Origin: Paramoeba atlantica
Lineage: Eukaryota > Protista > Discosea
Assembly: GCA_977017575.1 (NCBI GenBank)
Contig: CDRNVI010000026.1
Coordinates: 62,001-126,000 of the forward strand
Reading direction: 5' to 3'
DNA: 64,000 nucleotides
Shown: positions 61,307 to 64,000 of the stretch, piece by piece
How positions within the stretch are numbered: position 1 is the stretch's first letter
How the letters are laid out: every line of letters starts with the position of its first letter
The notes under the pieces: model-generated
Told to the model about the DNA's origin: nothing
What the model saw: only the letters and a program-made list of their open reading frames with translations
Databases searched by the model: none
Made by a program: the position numbers and the translations under genes

Positions 61307-61513
61307 TGAAAAAGTGGCCATCTGGTCACCCCCTGGCACAATGGTAAGCTGGCCACCTGGAAAAATGGCCAGCTGACTACCAAAAAATACAGTTTGCATT
61401 TTGTATACGTAAGATGAATGGCGACGCCCAATTAAAGTCGCAAGCTCGCCACCTCCTGCATGAAAGGACAGCTTTCGACTTTTTTAGGGGGTGGCCAGCT
61501 GGCCACTTTTTCA
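61307..61513. mobile_element. Small inverted-repeat element
   Basis: 27-bp IR TGAAAAAGTGGCCAKCTGGYCACCCCC, 2 mismatches between arms. Confidence 0.6.
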
Positions 61514-61529
61514 GTGGCTGGCCAGGTGG

Positions 61530-61568
61530 CCTATCCTATCCTATCCTATAAGACCGATTTGCATCGGT
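61530..61568 (-). other. LINE 3' end: GNRA stem-loop plus (ATAGG)4 tail
   Basis: ACCGAT-GCAA-ATCGGT at 61568-61553, then (CCTAT)4 on the + strand at 61530-61549. Confidence 0.85.
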
Positions 61569-64000
61569 TAAGAACACATCCGTTTTTGTCGTCGCTTCGA
61601 CGTCTTTCTCTCAGGTGAATTCGCCCTTTCATGCTCCTTGTCCGCTGAACCGGGCGTGGTACGTCTTTCATGCAACTTTGTATTTTTGGCATCACATTCC
61701 TCAGGCAAACACTCTTTCTTTTCAGGAGAATCCACTCCAGTCTCTACAGGTGGCGAGGTACCCTTTTTGGAGAGAGGATCACCTTCTGCAATCTTGAAGT
61801 AATCCCGTCTTTTCCCTAATGGCTTAGGTATTTGGCCACAGTGTTTCCGAGGACGATTCATGGTTTGAACGGTTTCTGAGCTAACCCTTTGAGCTTCTGA
61901 GGCACTTGTCGCAGTCTTTCTCCTCTTTATTTCTGAGGCTGGGACTATTTTTCTCGACCCTGCAAGCGCCAAGGTGTCTGCCTTCTCATTGTAAATGTTC
62001 CCGTTGTGGGATTTCACTTTGCACACGTAACACCTTTTATCCATCGATTGGAGCGTTCGAATTTCCCGATCCAATTTCTCAAGGATACCCCCATTCGATA
62101 GATTGTTATACCCAATGATTCGCCGTCGTAGACGAGTATGATGGAAGAAATTCCATACATAGAACGAATCGGTGTGTATGACAACTGTTTGAGCCTCATT
62201 AGGTATCCTTTCCAGCGCTTCCCTCAGCGATTCAACCTCAGCTCTCTCAGCTGAGCCAGCATCCAATGCTATGGAATAGTATTTTTCTTCTGTTCCACTC
62301 ATTCTCAGAACTATTCCCGCACCGGATCTTTGTTCCTTGGACCCCCGCAACTGCCGAACAGAGCCATCAATATACATATGAACCTCACCCTCACTCATGG
62401 GGAACGGATCCGAGCCTTCCTCCACAAATTGTAGCTCATAAGAGCTTTTGCTTTTGACCGCTTGAGTGTGTTTAGTTTTCCACCTTGGAGACCTTAATAC
62501 CTCATACATCGGAAGTGGTTCAAGTTTCTGCCTGAGCTCATCGCATAGCTTTTGCCAGTGTATCCGATCCTGCGAGTAAACAAGCGCCTGCTCCAGAGTG
62601 ACCCCTAGATCATTAAAACTTGCTTCGCTAGGAGAAATATTTCTTGTTTTTTCCGTGCTATTCCATTGAACGAGCTCGCGAAACGTAGAGGAGTGCCTGA
62701 GCATGTGGCCAACGATTTTCGCACGGGCAACACGATGCACGGTCGAAAATCGAGGCGTACCACAATACAAGGACTCTAATGGGTAGCAGTGTCCGAAATC
62801 GTCAAGCTTTGCTGAGTTACAAGCGAATCTCCTCATCATATTTACCTCAACCTCCGTTTTTCGAAGCATTTTGTTAGAAAGAGAAAGACAGGCTGCACCA
62901 AACGTTAAAATAGGGTAGATCAAGCAGTCAAACAGGCGTATTTTCGTGGCAGCACTCAGAGGAGAAGCCCAAATGCCACTGAGTTTACGAAATGCTGCCC
63001 ATGTGAGCCTTAGCCTGTCCTTGATGGGGGATGATGCTGTAGCATCTTGAAGATGACCAAGATGCCGGTAGGAATCCACAAGAGGAATCTTGCCAAGCGA
63101 TCCTGCTCGAAGTTCTCGCGTCCCCCCCGGAACTTTCCCAAAGGCCATCCACGCAGTCTTGGTTTTCCCCACGGCAATCCTCAGATTAGCTGGTTTTGCC
63201 TCATTTGCCGTAGCTTCGATCATTTGCGATATTTCATGTTTCGTGGAAGCTAAAAGTGCTATGTCGTCTGCGTAGTCGATGTCCTTTAGTCTAAATTCTT
63301 GAATTCCCCTGCTTTTCGTCCCGCTGCTCCTTAGAAGAATCCCGAGCGGCTTGTTATCGAGTGCTTTGTTGAGAATCCTATCGATTACAAGCACAAAGAG
63401 ATAAGGAGCAAGCACGTCCCCTTGAAGAATTCCTGTTTTAATGGGAAAAGAATCCGTATTTCCGTATGGTGTGCGGACTATTCCTTTTAAATTCGAGTAC
63501 AAGGACATTACCATCCTAGTAAGCGCGGGTCCGACATGAAAGGCATTCAATGCAGCACGGATCGCATGAAACGATACCGAGGGGAATGCTTTTGCGAAGT
63601 CCATGAATGCCACTGCAATGCCTTTTTTGCCCCTGGTCGCACGAACTCTTGCATCATTCAAAATGATTTGCGCCCCTGCCGTGGACCTTTCTGGCCGAAA
63701 ACCAAATTGACTGTCGCGAAGGAGCGGCTCGATGGATGGTCTGATTCTTTTCAGGATCATTGCATTCATCAATTTAACCGCACTGTTCACGAGACAGATT
63801 GGCCGCCAATTCGCTATTTGTGTCAGGTCGCCTTTTTTTGGAATAGGCACCTGAAGGACAATTTTCCAGGACGCAGGCGAAACCCCTGTTCGATGAACCT
63901 CGTTTACAATATGTAATAAGGATTTTCTCAGCTCAGCATGTTCTGTGATCATTCTGAGTGCCTCCGCCGGAATTTGGTCTATTCCAGGTGCCTTGTTGCG
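61568..64000 (-). CDS. RT-RNase H polyprotein of an RTE-like LINE (open past the window end)
   Basis: KAPGIDQIP, IPKKGDL, QFGFRP, DFAKAF, QGDVLAP, YADD; RNase H YIDGS, RAE, HTDS, KSH, EKAD; no stops. Confidence 0.92.
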   Translation of the reverse strand, partial: RNKAPGIDQIPAEALRMITEHAELRKSLLHIVNEVHRTGVSPASWKIVLQVPIPKKGDLTQIANWRPICLVNSAVKLMNAMILKRIRPSIEPLLRDSQFGFRPERSTAGAQIILNDARVRATRGKKGIAVAFMDFAKAFPSVSFHAIRAALNAFHVGPALTRMVMSLYSNLKGIVRTPYGNTDSFPIKTGILQGDVLAPYLFVLVIDRILNKALDNKPLGILLRSSGTKSRGIQEFRLKDIDYADDIALLASTKHEISQMIEATANEAKPANLRIAVGKTKTAWMAFGKVPGGTRELRAGSLGKIPLVDSYRHLGHLQDATASSPIKDRLRLTWAAFRKLSGIWASPLSAATKIRLFDCLIYPILTFGAACLSLSNKMLRKTEVEVNMMRRFACNSAKLDDFGHCYPLESLYCGTPRFSTVHRVARAKIVGHMLRHSSTFRELVQWNSTEKTRNISPSEASFNDLGVTLEQALVYSQDRIHWQKLCDELRQKLEPLPMYEVLRSPRWKTKHTQAVKSKSSYELQFVEEGSDPFPMSEGEVHMYIDGSVRQLRGSKEQRSGAGIVLRMSGTEEKYYSIALDAGSAERAEVESLREALERIPNEAQTVVIHTDSFYVWNFFHHTRLRRRIIGYNNLSNGGILEKLDREIRTLQSMDKRCYVCKVKSHNGNIYNEKADTLALAGSRKIVPASEIKRRKTATSASEAQRVSSETVQTMNRPRKHCGQIPKPLGKRRDYFKIAEGDPLSKKGTSPPVETGVDSPEKKECLPEECDAKNTKLHERRTTPGSADKEHERANSPERKTSKRRQKRMCS

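Overview
Intron-less eukaryotic DNA. About 22 host genes all lie on the + strand, as in a polycistronic unit. The gene set marks it as kinetoplastid: split topoisomerase IB large subunit, PSP1-domain protein, TUTase, PrimPol-like protein, and a near match to the kinetoplastid spliced-leader exon. The short LRR paralogues suggest a Perkinsela-like prokinetoplastid, but that is inference. Host genes: prefoldin-2 (partial), PrimPol-like, DBP2, DBP9, TUTase, SAP18-like, dual-specificity phosphatase, DNAJC11-like, APC1, COQ7, four LRR proteins, SAM-PSP1, TOP1 large subunit and several hypotheticals. Two transposon-dense islands (about 25.1-50.8 kb and 58.2-64 kb) interrupt the unit without a strand switch. 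They contain a tRNA-headed SINE-like element, a DIRS-type RT/RNase H, a TATE-like tyrosine-recombinase element split by nested insertions, two RTE-like RT-RNase H LINE families, CRE/SLACS-type remnants, a DD35E Tc1-like transposase with a matching 923-bp MITE pair, other TA-target MITEs, a Merlin transposase and a 26-bp satellite. Best leads: (1) a genomic spliced-leader-like exon about 30 bp before a transposon-type ORF1 with no AG acceptor between them; (2) a tRNA-derived Pol III SINE candidate; (3) a recently mobile Tc1/MITE system; (4) recurrent C-to-G strand-skew switches inside host genes. All calls are from motif reading by eye; no database searches were run.
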